A stretch of 64,000 bases of DNA from Candidatus Latescibacterota bacterium (lineage in GTDB: Bacteria > Latescibacterota > CBDEFO01). A program made the position numbers and the translations under genes. Where the stretch lies: assembly GCA_965237525.1 (NCBI GenBank), contig CBDEFO010000006.1, positions 96,001 through 160,000 of the forward strand, in the 5' to 3' direction. The notes beneath the pieces were generated by a model. The model saw nothing but the letters and a program-made list of their open reading frames with translations. It made no database searches and was not told the DNA's origin. Positions 41,966 through 52,274 of this stretch are shown here, piece after piece (position 1 is the stretch's first letter; each line of letters starts with the position of its first letter).

Positions 41966-43111
41966 ATGGCTTTCAAGTCCACATCTTCCATAATGGCAGG
42001 TGACCGCGCAAATGGGCGCAGCAAAAATGGTAGAGGTGAACAGTTCTCCAAGATGCCGATAGAATTAGTCTTATCTGTGGATGGTCTGTCCAACAATGCA
42101 AAGCTTGTGTATGCTGCTATTTTAAAGTGGGACTGGGGTGATAGCTGTTTTGCTGGACACAAAAAGATAGCTGAAGTCCTCAGAAGGTCTGAGAGAACTA
42201 TAGAGAGGGGACTTAAGGAGCTCAAAGACGTTGGACTCGTATCTGTAAAGTATCAAGGCCTGGGTCGAAACGCGGTAATTTCTGTCGTAAAAGGTCAAGA
42301 CAGGTCAGAAGTGACCCCTCAAGAAGTGACAGAACTGTCCCCTCCTTACAATATAACAGACGACTTGGGAATAGACGACTTAGAAACAGACAACATCATG
42401 CACGAGCACCCAGAGGATGACTTAGACTCAGCCTGTGGATGCATCGGTTACGTCAAAGATGATGTTGATGATTCTTCAGGAGGCAACGGACAAACCCACC
42501 TCTGTCTCAAGAAGGCTGTTGATGAATCTGAAAAAAGCAAAAGAGAAATAATCACCCACTTCTACCTGAAAGACAGCCCGGATGATGTATCCAGATCCTT
42601 TATGACTCTTGGCATAGGAACCGTAAATAAGCTTCAGAAGATGGGATACAGCATCCGAGATGTCGAATACGCCGCAAAATGGGCGCTTGACAACTGCGCT
42701 CCAAGACACTTCGGACTGGTGGAACACACGATCGGCATGGCGTTAGAAGAAAGAGAAAGCAAGAATAAACAGGAGCGCAAAAGACAGGAACAAAAATTTC
42801 GAGAGGAGGAACGCGAAAGAGCTCGCGAAGCCAGGCTGAAGGAAGAACAGTTAGAAAGGGAAGGACAAATTGACCAATCCCCACACAAAAAAGAATGGGA
42901 CCACTATAAGGCATTGATCAGAAAGGAAATCAAGCATCAGTCATACCTGACGTGGTTTTCGGGGCTTTACATAGATAAGATATCTGAGGATGAGATCGCC
43001 CTGAATGTCCCCAACTGGTTTATGGCTGAGTTCATCGAAGAAATTTACGACAAATTGCTGCGGAAAGTCTTCGAAAGAGATGTCAAACTACAGGTAGACA
43101 GTGGTCAGTAG
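41966..43111 (+). CDS. Putative replication initiator: N-terminal HTH and C-terminal DnaA domain-I-like region
   Basis: LS..AKLVY..I...IA..L..SERTI.R.LKEL...GL phage/plasmid Rep HTH; C-terminal W......I..QSY.TWF..L......L.VPN.F..EFIE..Y..LL. Confidence 0.75.
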   Translation: MAFKSTSSIMAGDRANGRSKNGRGEQFSKMPIELVLSVDGLSNNAKLVYAAILKWDWGDSCFAGHKKIAEVLRRSERTIERGLKELKDVGLVSVKYQGLGRNAVISVVKGQDRSEVTPQEVTELSPPYNITDDLGIDDLETDNIMHEHPEDDLDSACGCIGYVKDDVDDSSGGNGQTHLCLKKAVDESEKSKREIITHFYLKDSPDDVSRSFMTLGIGTVNKLQKMGYSIRDVEYAAKWALDNCAPRHFGLVEHTIGMALEERESKNKQERKRQEQKFREEERERAREARLKEEQLEREGQIDQSPHKKEWDHYKALIRKEIKHQSYLTWFSGLYIDKISEDEIALNVPNWFMAEFIEEIYDKLLRKVFERDVKLQVDSGQ

Positions 43112-43429
43112 ACAGAAAAAGGCCCGGAAAGACAGCGCGTCTGCCCCCACAGATACGACGTTCTGTGTAGGGGCGAAATCCGCTCGCCCTTTGAGCGCAC
43201 CCACCGTGTTGCCAAGGAGACGGGAGCGCCGTCTCCTATCGCGTCTCCCCCATTGAACCCCCGATAGATTCAATCGGGGGTCGGGGATTACTTCGGGGAA
43301 TTATCCGGCATAATGAGGAAGGAGCAAAGTGAAACACTGGTCTTGCGAGCCTTTAGCCCAGAGCGAAGCGAAGGGTCTGCGAAGCAATCTGGCTGTGTGC
43401 TATCTACTGTTCAAAGAGAGGAGAGTCAA

Positions 43430-43666
43430 ATGCACTTAAAGAGTGATTTTGAGGTGTGCGGGACACAGTATATGGGATGTGTTTCTGATGACGACCAGCA
43501 GGAGTACTGCGTCATCTGGCTTGAGACCCAGGGGATCATATTTCTGCAGGAGGTCATACCGGAGTCTGTGCCTTCTTCGGATGATGATTATCAGGTATCA
43601 GATGAGATGCGCTTTGAAATTGGACAGATTGTGGCCTCAACAAGAGGCAAGGAGGTGGTAGACTAA
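43430..43666 (+). CDS. Small acidic hypothetical protein
   Basis: GAGGAG RBS before ATG 43430; the ORF-track extension upstream is repeat DNA. Confidence 0.6.
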   Translation: MHLKSDFEVCGTQYMGCVSDDDQQEYCVIWLETQGIIFLQEVIPESVPSSDDDYQVSDEMRFEIGQIVASTRGKEVVD

Positions 43667-44149
43667 ATGGATGAGGCAACAGAGCGCCCACACCGCTTAC
43701 TGCGCGCTGATGAAATATGCAAAAGGGCGAAGATCAACTATCAGACTCTGGGAAACTACGTCAGGGCCGGCTTGATCCCTAAAGGGACCGTAAAATATGA
43801 GCAGAAGGGGAGACGCTTTTACTATCCAGAGGAGATCATAGAGACTGTACAGATTATCAAGGAACTGCAGAGTAAAGGCTCGGCTTACAGGAGAAAGGGC
43901 GGCCTGGATGGGATAAGAAAACTGCTTGAAAGTGGAAGGTCCACCGCGGCCCCGGAGGAGAAAGGAGCTCCACGTATCCTGTATCAATTGACAGACTGGT
44001 ATCCAAAGGAGGAATTAGCATTTGCGGCCCATCAGCTTGAGAAAGCCGATATTCCGTACAGATGGGAACAGCAGGACGGTCTTGCGGCCCTGTTCATCTG
44101 TGTGACATGGGATGAAGAAAGTCTAATCCCGGAAAAGGGCGGTACGTAG
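43667..44149 (+). CDS. MerR-like HTH DNA-binding protein
   Basis: TL..YV..GLIP...R.YYP....I..LQ..G..L..IR. Confidence 0.75.
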   Translation: MDEATERPHRLLRADEICKRAKINYQTLGNYVRAGLIPKGTVKYEQKGRRFYYPEEIIETVQIIKELQSKGSAYRRKGGLDGIRKLLESGRSTAAPEEKGAPRILYQLTDWYPKEELAFAAHQLEKADIPYRWEQQDGLAALFICVTWDEESLIPEKGGT

Positions 44150-44154
44150 TTCGG

Positions 44155-44337
44155 ATGAAAGAACTGCTTACGGTCCAGGAAGCCGCACGCGCTTTGAAGT
44201 GTTCAGAGAGGCACGTGCGGCATCTGATAGCGTCTGGCAGGTTCTCTGCCTACAAGCCGGGGGAAAGGTATCTTATTGCCAGAGAGAATATCTTGGGCTT
44301 TTTGAAAAAGGCAGAATACGATCCGTGGGAAGCCTAA
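44155..44337 (+). CDS. Excisionase-like HTH_17 protein
   Basis: LLTVQEAA..LK.S...V..LI..G...A.K.G..Y.I. Confidence 0.85.
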   Translation: MKELLTVQEAARALKCSERHVRHLIASGRFSAYKPGERYLIARENILGFLKKAEYDPWEA

Positions 44338-44482
44338 ATAGATACACAGGTGAGATTGCCTCGGGGTTTCAGCCCTTGCTACGACGTTGGTTGGTTTTGC
44401 CTCAGTCATTGCTATCCCCGACTGAACATATCGAGGATAGCCAAGTGATCTCGTCACCAGGGACGCCGCCACCCCAGCCTAC

Positions 44483-47400
44483 CTACTTTCTACTGTTCAC
44501 TACTCTCGTATTGTATTGATAGATATAGGAAAGGTGCTCTTCGTCGTAAGGGTAGCTTTCAGCCTCAGGATATGGATAACTGCTCATACTGTGAAACGGC
44601 AGCGGCTCTACTGTGAGGGAATAGGGGGAGTTGTTGTCCATATCCTTCCCGAACCCGTCCGCGAAGAAGAAGAAGTCCCGCACGGTGCCATCGTCTAAGG
44701 GTGGAAGATGGGATGCATCGAAGTTAAGCGTGATCTCGTCGCCGTGGAACAATATGACATACTGGTCATCAATCGCCGTCAAAAGGGGAAGGCAATCCCC
44801 ATACCTGGTGTATCGGCCCGTGTGATCCATCCAGGGGGCAGAACCCGTAATCTTTGAATAGTCATAGACCTTGGGCATTCGTCCGTCGGGGGAGTAGTAG
44901 CTGGCGTAGCCCTTCCAGTGGAGATCAGACACTACGGGAGAGAGCCTCGTCACCTTTGTGGGTATCGGATCGTCTATTATATCGAATAGGATCTGATCCC
45001 AGTAGATGGGCATTGAGGTGGTAATCCTTATCTTATAGTCGGTCCCCGACCCCCGACCTATCTCCGACAGACTCAATCGGGGATCCTCTATGATCTCTAC
45101 CACCATCTCCTTCGGCTCTCCTGCCGGATAGCCCATATCCTCAGATATAGTCTTCCACCTTCCGTCTGCTCCCATTATCTCCAGCCGAGGAGGCAGAAGA
45201 ACTATTCCAGCCTGTGCCGCAGCCAGATTGGATGTCGAATGCGAATACTCCGCGTAACCGTACAGGACGAGAATGACCTTGCCAGTAGCTCTACTGCCCA
45301 CTGTTTGCAGTTCGAGGATAATACTGTGCTCTTTTGCGTATCCGTGGAACTGGGGAGGTAAAAGTTCAAAGTTCGAGGGGTATTTCCTGTCTCTGTGCCT
45401 GATGTAGGGGAGGATGTCGTTTCCATCTTGATCGTAAGCCTTGAAGGGCACGCGGGGATCGGAAAGGACGTGGACTTTGAATCCGGGATACGGAGGTGAC
45501 GAGAGAAGCCTCTCGTTGGGATAGACCTCTGTCCCTTGCGGATGGTCAACTGCCAGAAGTTCCACTTTGTCCAGATAGATGACCTCCTCCAAATGATTGG
45601 CAAACTGGATGGAATATTCTCCTCTTTCTACATTCCGTCCCCCGTCCCCTGTCCCCCGTCCACGAGATTGCTTCGCCTGGCTCGCAATGACAGTCGATAG
45701 GGTTCGCGATGACAGTTCGGTTGTCTTTTCCTTTTGGTCATTGCGAGGGGCAAAACCCCAAAGCAATCTCTCCTGTCCACTGTCTGCTCGCCTGGGTTTG
45801 AATATTTCCCCCGGGATCTTGATATACTCGTCCGTGTCGGGGTAGTAGTACTCCCCCGGGGAGATGAGGTACGATATTATGGCTCCTCCAAGGATGTCCG
45901 TTATGTACTGATACTCAGCACCGTTCCAGACGTAGACGATAGGACACGATGTGCCCTTCCTGTCCAATTCCTCTAACAAGAGGAGCGAGTCGGGTGCCGG
46001 ATCCAGTTCGGTTTGTCTGACTCCACCCGGCCAGAGGATCCTTACAAAGTCTATTTTCTTTCTACTCCCGATGCCGAAGTGGACTGTACGACCGTTCCGA
46101 TCCCCTCTGAGTTCAAGCTTTTGCGACAGCTCCCCCGCTTTTATCTCCACCTTTGCGCCTATGCCGTCTTTGTTGCTGTTCAGGCCTTTCAAATGAACTT
46201 TGAGATAGCCGTTTTTCTCCCCACCCTCGTTGCGAAGGAGGAGTGCACCCGCCTTTGTAGTATCTGCATAGGAGACTAATAGGTCTATATCCCCGTCGTT
46301 GTCAAAATCGGCCGATGCTATCTGATAGCTGACCGCGGGCGCTATATTATCAGAGAGGGGGACAGGGTCGGCAAAGCCACAATCGCGGGATGTCTTCCTG
46401 GATCCCCATTGGTTCTTAAAGAGCCGCGCACCCTGCGACGAGAGGGACACTATGTCCAGATCGCCATCGTTGTCCACATCCAGAAGCTTATAAGCCGATC
46501 CAGGTTCCGCGTCTGCAGAAAGCGTGTGTGAGACCGGGTCGAGGACAAAGAGCCTTTTGCTCTCTTGACTGCGCCTATAGAGACTTGCACCCTTTTCTAA
46601 AGTGAAAAGGAGGTCTATGTATCCGTCCTTGTCATAGTCCCCTGCTGATATGCCGAGTATTTTCCTTACTTCGGAAAGTTCTGACTCTTTGGCAACGTCT
46701 GTGAAGGTCCCCCCTCTGTCGTTGCTGTAGAGGTTTACGGATCTATCGTAGGAGGCCACACAAAAGTCCACATCTCTGTCGTTGTCGTAATCCAAGAAGA
46801 CGCAGTCTGTGCTCCACTTTCCTCCCGGCACTTTAGCCTCATCGGTCACATCGGTAAATCTCCCGTTAGCGTTGTTCCTGTAGAGTACATTTTTCCCGTT
46901 TGCATTGACGACGTAGATGTCCAGGTCGCCGTCGTGGTCGTAGTCAGCAAAGACAGGTCCCCGATTAGGTCGTGGGTCGGGGATCAGGGCATCGCTCCCC
47001 TGCAGCCTACGTAAATTGGCGCTTTGTGTGACATCTTCAAATTGTCCGTCTCCGTCATTCTTGTACAGGATAACTGCACCGCTACTGACCACAAGCAGAT
47101 CCTGGTCTTCATCGTTATCGTAGTCCCCGAAGATGCCCTTTGAGATGGACTCGGTGTCCTTCAGTCCGGCCTCTTCTGTCACATCTTCAAATTGCCCGTC
47201 CGCTTTGTTTCTGTAGAGTCTCCCGAAGATGAAGATGTCCAAAGCCCCGTCGTTATCGTAGTCTCCGAATGAGCCTCTAATTCCAGTAGCCAGGACATCC
47301 TCCCCCTTTCTTCTGGGCGAGGTTAGCTCGACCCCACTTTCCTGCCCACTTATATATGTGACATCTGTGAATCTGATCTCTACAGACGAATCCTCTAGCT

Positions 47401-48145
47401 CTTCAGATACTGTCTCTGTCCGACTTACGGCTTCTGCATATCTGCCCTGCTCTAAATATCCCAATCCCACCGAAGTTGCTATCCCCATCTTTCGGAGACC
47501 TGTGAATATCTCCATCTCCCTTTTGAAGTCTTCCGTTTTATTTAAGCGTCTGAATTCCATGGCCAGGTTGTAGTGAGCGGATGAATTGTTGGGATCCAGT
47601 GAAGTTACCTTTTCAAGCTCCTCCACAGCCCTTTCAATCTCTCCAAGCCTTGAAAGGCAAATACCCAGATTGTAGTGCGCAAAAGGATCAAATGGATCGT
47701 GTTTGACAACCTTTTTGAAGTTGCCGGCGGCAGCTTGATAGTCTCCGTGTGCTTTGTAAATAAGGCCGATCACATAGTAGATGTTCGGATGGTCGGGAGA
47801 TAGCAGGAGCGCCTTTTCAAGTTCTAAGAGCGCCTGATCGTACTTGCCCATATTAAACTTTGCTATGCCGAGATTTATCTGCGCATCTGCATATTTGGGG
47901 GCGATAGAGAGGGATTTGGCGAATTCGGAGGCGGCATCGGAGTAGCTGTACTGCTCAAGATATGCGATGCCGAAGTTATTGTGGCGGTAAGCCTCCTCGG
48001 GGAAGCGTTGAACCTGTTGTTCTGTGGATACTTTGGGGGATTCTTGTTCTGCCTTTTTTTCTACGTCACCGCATTTTATGAATCCAAACAGTAAAAGGAA
48101 TGACAATGTGAATAGGATATAGTATCTGTTCATGTATCCTCCCAT
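44483..48145 (-). CDS. TPR + FG-GAP + ASPIC/UnbV (CRTAC1-like) secreted protein or lipoprotein
   Basis: Signal with Cys; TPR repeats; D.DNDGD.D repeats; SNKDGIGAKV...HFGIG...WPGG and SCP; C-terminal DGFGKDMD...PLPFH.MS.YP. Confidence 0.9.
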   Translation of the reverse strand: MGGYMNRYYILFTLSFLLLFGFIKCGDVEKKAEQESPKVSTEQQVQRFPEEAYRHNNFGIAYLEQYSYSDAASEFAKSLSIAPKYADAQINLGIAKFNMGKYDQALLELEKALLLSPDHPNIYYVIGLIYKAHGDYQAAAGNFKKVVKHDPFDPFAHYNLGICLSRLGEIERAVEELEKVTSLDPNNSSAHYNLAMEFRRLNKTEDFKREMEIFTGLRKMGIATSVGLGYLEQGRYAEAVSRTETVSEELEDSSVEIRFTDVTYISGQESGVELTSPRRKGEDVLATGIRGSFGDYDNDGALDIFIFGRLYRNKADGQFEDVTEEAGLKDTESISKGIFGDYDNDEDQDLLVVSSGAVILYKNDGDGQFEDVTQSANLRRLQGSDALIPDPRPNRGPVFADYDHDGDLDIYVVNANGKNVLYRNNANGRFTDVTDEAKVPGGKWSTDCVFLDYDNDRDVDFCVASYDRSVNLYSNDRGGTFTDVAKESELSEVRKILGISAGDYDKDGYIDLLFTLEKGASLYRRSQESKRLFVLDPVSHTLSADAEPGSAYKLLDVDNDGDLDIVSLSSQGARLFKNQWGSRKTSRDCGFADPVPLSDNIAPAVSYQIASADFDNDGDIDLLVSYADTTKAGALLLRNEGGEKNGYLKVHLKGLNSNKDGIGAKVEIKAGELSQKLELRGDRNGRTVHFGIGSRKKIDFVRILWPGGVRQTELDPAPDSLLLLEELDRKGTSCPIVYVWNGAEYQYITDILGGAIISYLISPGEYYYPDTDEYIKIPGEIFKPRRADSGQERLLWGFAPRNDQKEKTTELSSRTLSTVIASQAKQSRGRGTGDGGRNVERGEYSIQFANHLEEVIYLDKVELLAVDHPQGTEVYPNERLLSSPPYPGFKVHVLSDPRVPFKAYDQDGNDILPYIRHRDRKYPSNFELLPPQFHGYAKEHSIILELQTVGSRATGKVILVLYGYAEYSHSTSNLAAAQAGIVLLPPRLEIMGADGRWKTISEDMGYPAGEPKEMVVEIIEDPRLSLSEIGRGSGTDYKIRITTSMPIYWDQILFDIIDDPIPTKVTRLSPVVSDLHWKGYASYYSPDGRMPKVYDYSKITGSAPWMDHTGRYTRYGDCLPLLTAIDDQYVILFHGDEITLNFDASHLPPLDDGTVRDFFFFADGFGKDMDNNSPYSLTVEPLPFHSMSSYPYPEAESYPYDEEHLSYIYQYNTRVVNSRK
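45665..45770. repeat. Pair of GAGATTGC...GCAATGAC / GTCATTGC...GCAATCTC palindromes lying inside a CDS
   Basis: Intergenic relatives at ~10067-10101, 11490-11547, 11569-11632, 43340-43390, 44352-44385 and 44405-44451. Confidence 0.85.
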
Positions 48146-48295
48146 AAAAAGAAACGTATGTCTATGTATTACCTACTTGGACAGGGAAACGAATTGTTTC
48201 CATTCATCCATGGTAACGATCCTATTTGCCTCTATATTCTCAAACCTTTGAGCTGTACCACTTGACTACATTATTTCATTTTTTTATTAATTAAT

Positions 48296-50296
48296 TCAAA
48301 ATATCTGTGAAAATTTAGAAATTGTCTGATCCTGAGGAAGCTTACCTTCAACCACCAGATCATAAATCTTCTTTGCAATGCTAATTTTAGCAACCCGTTT
48401 GGAAGTTCCTATTGCCTTTTCTTTAAAAAATTCTTTTACCCCACTAAATGAGACCTCTTGAAGATCCTCCTTGCTAATGCTCTCTTTACCTAACCGTTTC
48501 TCAAAAATGTTCCTATAAGCAAGGTTTACAGCTTCGAGATAAAAGTCAATATCTATCAAATCCTCGATCACTAGGTCACAGCCTGTTTCTGCTAATGGAT
48601 CAAGAGTTAATATATTATCCTCATTTATGTTGTCCTTTAGCTTTTCTGCAGCTTTCCTCCCCTTTGAGTCGTGGTCTAAAAGTATGACAAGTTTTAGATT
48701 TTCTTTTACAAGAAATATTGCGAGGTATAATATCTTGTCGGCCCCATTAACGGGAAGAACTGAGACTTCACTTGGGTCAATATAGTTTTCGTTCTTTTCA
48801 GAGCATATTTTAGACATTGCTTCCAGTATAAGCTTATCTGAATAGCCCTCCACTAATATATTTTTCTTCGTAGTAAAGAGAGAATCACCTATAGTCATAC
48901 CTATTGAAGCTCTGATTGGTTGAAGGGCATCATAATCTGATTCGTAGAATTTTTCTTCTATTAATGTACCCTTCTTCTCTTCTTTAGAAACTATCCTAAT
49001 CCTCTCTAATTTCTCTAGGTCGATCATAAAGGGAGAGTGGGTGCTAAAAATAATCTGATTTGACTCTGATATTTCCTCTAATGTTTTAAGAAGATCCTTT
49101 TGTCCTGAAGGATGTAGATAAACCCCAGGGTCATCAAGGAGAATTATTGTGTCTTGCAATTCATGTTTAGAACCAGCAGCAAAATTTATATAAAACCGTA
49201 AAAACCACTGAAATCCTTGACTTCTTATACTAGGTGGATGCTCCTTCTTTGTTACATCGTCAAAGATTGAGATTACTATTTCGTTTTTCATAATATCAAT
49301 GTTTACTTCAACCTTTTCTTGCGTCCAAGCCTTATTTACCAAGCCTGTTACATCTGCTGACGCGGTCCTTAGCTGAGAACTCATATCGTATACCTCGGCA
49401 TCTCTGACACGTTCCAGATCATCCAAACCAGACAACTCGATCAAATTAGAGAGAGTCTTGTGTTTTTCCTTATTAGCGAGAAAGGTTGATACAGGTACGG
49501 TATCTTCTAACTCTTCAATATTTGCGAAATACATAAAATCCGGCAAAATTTCTAATATGTAATCAACTACACTTACACTTTCTTCTTCTTCTAATAAAAT
49601 TTCTTCAATCCTATCCTTATAAGGCTTCATTTCTGCAGAAAATACCTGTATATCATCTTGTATTGGACCATCAAGGTTAGGTAAACTAATCAACCTGCTT
49701 TGGAAATCATCAAAAGCCATTGCTACATCAAGATCAGTTTGTGGGTCAAAGGAGATAACCTCATTAATTATCTCTTCATATTGGTTTTTTGAATTGCTAA
49801 ACGGAGTAAATCGTTCGCAGTGACTGTCTAATTTTTCTTTAAACGAGGCGGTGATACTGCTAATAATAGAAAGGTTCTTCTGTATTTCTTTCTTACTAGA
49901 AATATTCAACTCTTCCAAGCAAATATCTGGGCTTTCGGACCTATATGAGTTATCAAAACACTTGGTAACTTGCAGAGTTTTTATTTTCGTGAGTTGGGGA
50001 CTAATTTCCTTTAATGTGCGTTTATCTTGAGATTCTATTTCAAACCAAATTGTTACAATTTCTATATCTTCTTTTTCTATTGCATCTGAGTCTAGCTTTT
50101 TCTTTACTTCTGAATGAAGACACAAGTCATCTTTTACATATTCGTAGTCACTTTTAAAAGACTCCAGAGCTTTGAGAATACATGTTTTGCCAGCTTCATT
50201 TTTCCCAATAAGTGTAGTTATCTTTGAATCTAAGGTTACTTCACCAGAATCTAAAATCGACTTGTACTCTTTGATGCGAAATTTCTTGATTCTCAA
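48296..50296 (-). CDS. OLD-like ABC/AAA ATPase with TOPRIM-like domain, AT-rich
   Basis: GKNEAGKT, RSQGFQWF, LLDDPG.YLH, STHSP, VEGYSD, LDHD and IED; the last few codons may be lost to an extra T. Confidence 0.85.
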   Translation of the reverse strand: MRIKKFRIKEYKSILDSGEVTLDSKITTLIGKNEAGKTCILKALESFKSDYEYVKDDLCLHSEVKKKLDSDAIEKEDIEIVTIWFEIESQDKRTLKEISPQLTKIKTLQVTKCFDNSYRSESPDICLEELNISSKKEIQKNLSIISSITASFKEKLDSHCERFTPFSNSKNQYEEIINEVISFDPQTDLDVAMAFDDFQSRLISLPNLDGPIQDDIQVFSAEMKPYKDRIEEILLEEEESVSVVDYILEILPDFMYFANIEELEDTVPVSTFLANKEKHKTLSNLIELSGLDDLERVRDAEVYDMSSQLRTASADVTGLVNKAWTQEKVEVNIDIMKNEIVISIFDDVTKKEHPPSIRSQGFQWFLRFYINFAAGSKHELQDTIILLDDPGVYLHPSGQKDLLKTLEEISESNQIIFSTHSPFMIDLEKLERIRIVSKEEKKGTLIEEKFYESDYDALQPIRASIGMTIGDSLFTTKKNILVEGYSDKLILEAMSKICSEKNENYIDPSEVSVLPVNGADKILYLAIFLVKENLKLVILLDHDSKGRKAAEKLKDNINEDNILTLDPLAETGCDLVIEDLIDIDFYLEAVNLAYRNIFEKRLGKESISKEDLQEVSFSGVKEFFKEKAIGTSKRVAKISIAKKIYDLVVEGKLPQDQTISKFSQIF

Positions 50297-50314
50297 TTCA
50301 TTTCTCCTTTAATC

Positions 50315-50526
50315 AGTTTGTCCTGAAAGCCTGTAGAGCTCTATCCTTTTCGATTCGTCTATCGTAACGATTCTATTTGCCTTTATGTTCTCAAACCTTT
50401 GACCCGTGCCGCTGCTTCGATACGCCGCCTTGCTGTGGACGCTGAGTCTCTTTCTCCACCTCACCGCAGCAAGAAGCCAAACGATAAAAGGAATGACAAT
50501 GTTAATAGGATAGAGTATATGTTCAT
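50315..50526 (-). pseudogene. Collapsed remnant of an ASPIC/UnbV paralog (5' end joined to 3' end)
   Basis: 50477-50534 resembles 48083-48140 (signal peptide of the CRTAC1-like gene); 50349-50411 resembles 48198-48260 (..QRFENI.ANRIVT.DE). Confidence 0.6.
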
Positions 50527-50670
50527 GTCTTCTCGAAAGTAGGTAGTAGACAGATGGTAGGGATATTTCCTCTCATCCCTGTCTACTAACACCGGCAGGA
50601 TGCCGGACATAGGCCGGCTCAAATGCAGCGTCTGTTCAGGCGGAGCCTACTGTGAACCCAGTTGGCTGGA

Positions 50671-51835
50671 TCAAATACCGGCCAGCGCTTGATCCACGAC
50701 TTGTCCCGCCACAGACCAAACCATTGCCTTCCAGTCTTCCTTGTCCGGATAAAATACGCGCCGCAATTCTGCCTTTATCTCTTGGGAGCGTGAGTCGTGA
50801 GGATCCCCGTGATGATGAAGCCAGTTTTCTGCCCGCAGTGCTCTAAAAACTTCCATCAGCGGCGAAGTACCGTATTCCAGGCTTACTGCTGTAACTTCTG
50901 CATTTGGAAGCATTTTGGGAAAAGCAACTTTCAATGGGCCTGAAATAGGGGTGGAAACTGACTTACCTGCCACTGTTGATCTTACCCTTTCCGTTCCCCA
51001 CATCGCCTCAGCACGCTTGTAAGCAGGCGATTCTTCCCGAGACATTCAATATGATCTCGCCGTTTCCGTATTTTCCGAGACCTGTATGGAAATCGATTAC
51101 AACTACACGATCCGCATTTGAAAGAAAGCGATCAGCAATGAACCGAATAGTTTTGTTCGACCAGGTTTCAAACCTGCCTCCGTAAAAGAGACCTTCCGGA
51201 TGTGAATACTGACCGCCGCTTACTGCTTTCACCGCAGCTTTTCCGTTTCTTACCCAGTACCACACGAGATGAGACCTGGAAACGGCTTCGGACCAGAAAG
51301 AAATGGATTTAGGTGCAATAACGTCCGCCAGCTTCTCATATCCCGGATTTCCTGGATAAGGCTTTGAATGATCTATAAAGTTGCGGTTTAAATCGATATT
51401 ATCCTCATTGAACCTTCGCAGGTGGGCAAATCCGTAGGGATTTATGGCATGGATCATTACGATGCTCAAATCGGGTTTCAGACGTGATGCAATCCCTTCG
51501 CGCAGAAGCCCTGTCTGAATGCCCGAGCCGCAAAAAGCCTCCACGCCGTGTGTTCCGGAGCTCAACACGAGAATGCTCTTGGCATCCTTCGGCCCTATTA
51601 CGGCGACATCGGTAAAGAGTTGTTCACTTTCCGGTCCGGTATTAGGGTTTTCGAAACTCTCAACGCTGGCACCCACCCCCTGGACAGCGAGAAGGAACTT
51701 TCCTCGAGCCTCTTTAAAACTTGATGAGAAATATTCCATCGCTTTTACGTTTTCAATCCCCTCTTGTGCTTGCGCGCAGGCGCCCCAGATATTAGTGCCC
51801 AAGACCACGATACTTAATATGATTCTGCTATTCAT
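50671..51835 (-). pseudogene. DUF2817 / M14-like metallopeptidase, frameshifted near 51040
   Basis: SGTHGVE, NPYGF..RR.NE.N.DLNRN and DFHTGLG in one frame; LEYGT, LRAENWLHH and FYP in another. Confidence 0.8.
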
Positions 51836-52010
51836 GGAATATACCTTGTCCCGTAGAAAGATCGTGTGTATCGATGGATGTATGTAAATTGAGGTGAGGT
51901 TGAGTGGTGTTCTTGCTCCCTTATGGTTTTCTCATCACACAGGGAAGAACATGGCGCGTAATTTGTTTACTTCCTCATTATTACAGGAATCCCTGTCAGG
52001 TGACGTTGCT

Positions 52011-52211
52011 TTATAGGCTGATTGAGAGTGGTCTTTGTCCCTTTAGTGCGCTCACTTTCAGGATGGAAAAACCGATAGTGTTTCCCTCCTGGTCAACTTT
52101 TGCCATTACTGCATCGTTTTCCGTCTCCCTGAAGTACCCGGCCTTTGGCTCAAAGATGACTTCAAGGTAGTCTCCTTCTTTATCATACCAGATTTTTATC
52201 TCTTTGTCCAA
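52011..52211 (-). CDS. DUF2283 family protein (orphan antitoxin-like)
   Basis: WYDKEGD.L.V...D..G..IGF.IL. Confidence 0.8.
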   Translation of the reverse strand: MDKEIKIWYDKEGDYLEVIFEPKAGYFRETENDAVMAKVDQEGNTIGFSILKVSALKGQRPLSISL

Positions 52212-52274
52212 AGTAGCTCACCTATACAGGGAGGGGTCGAGGCGCCCTACCTCATACCTACACTCAGGTGGTCT

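Noticed and set aside
41071..44337. Intact prophage or ICE
   Set aside because: No integrase, structural, lysis or conjugation genes, and no att duplication found.
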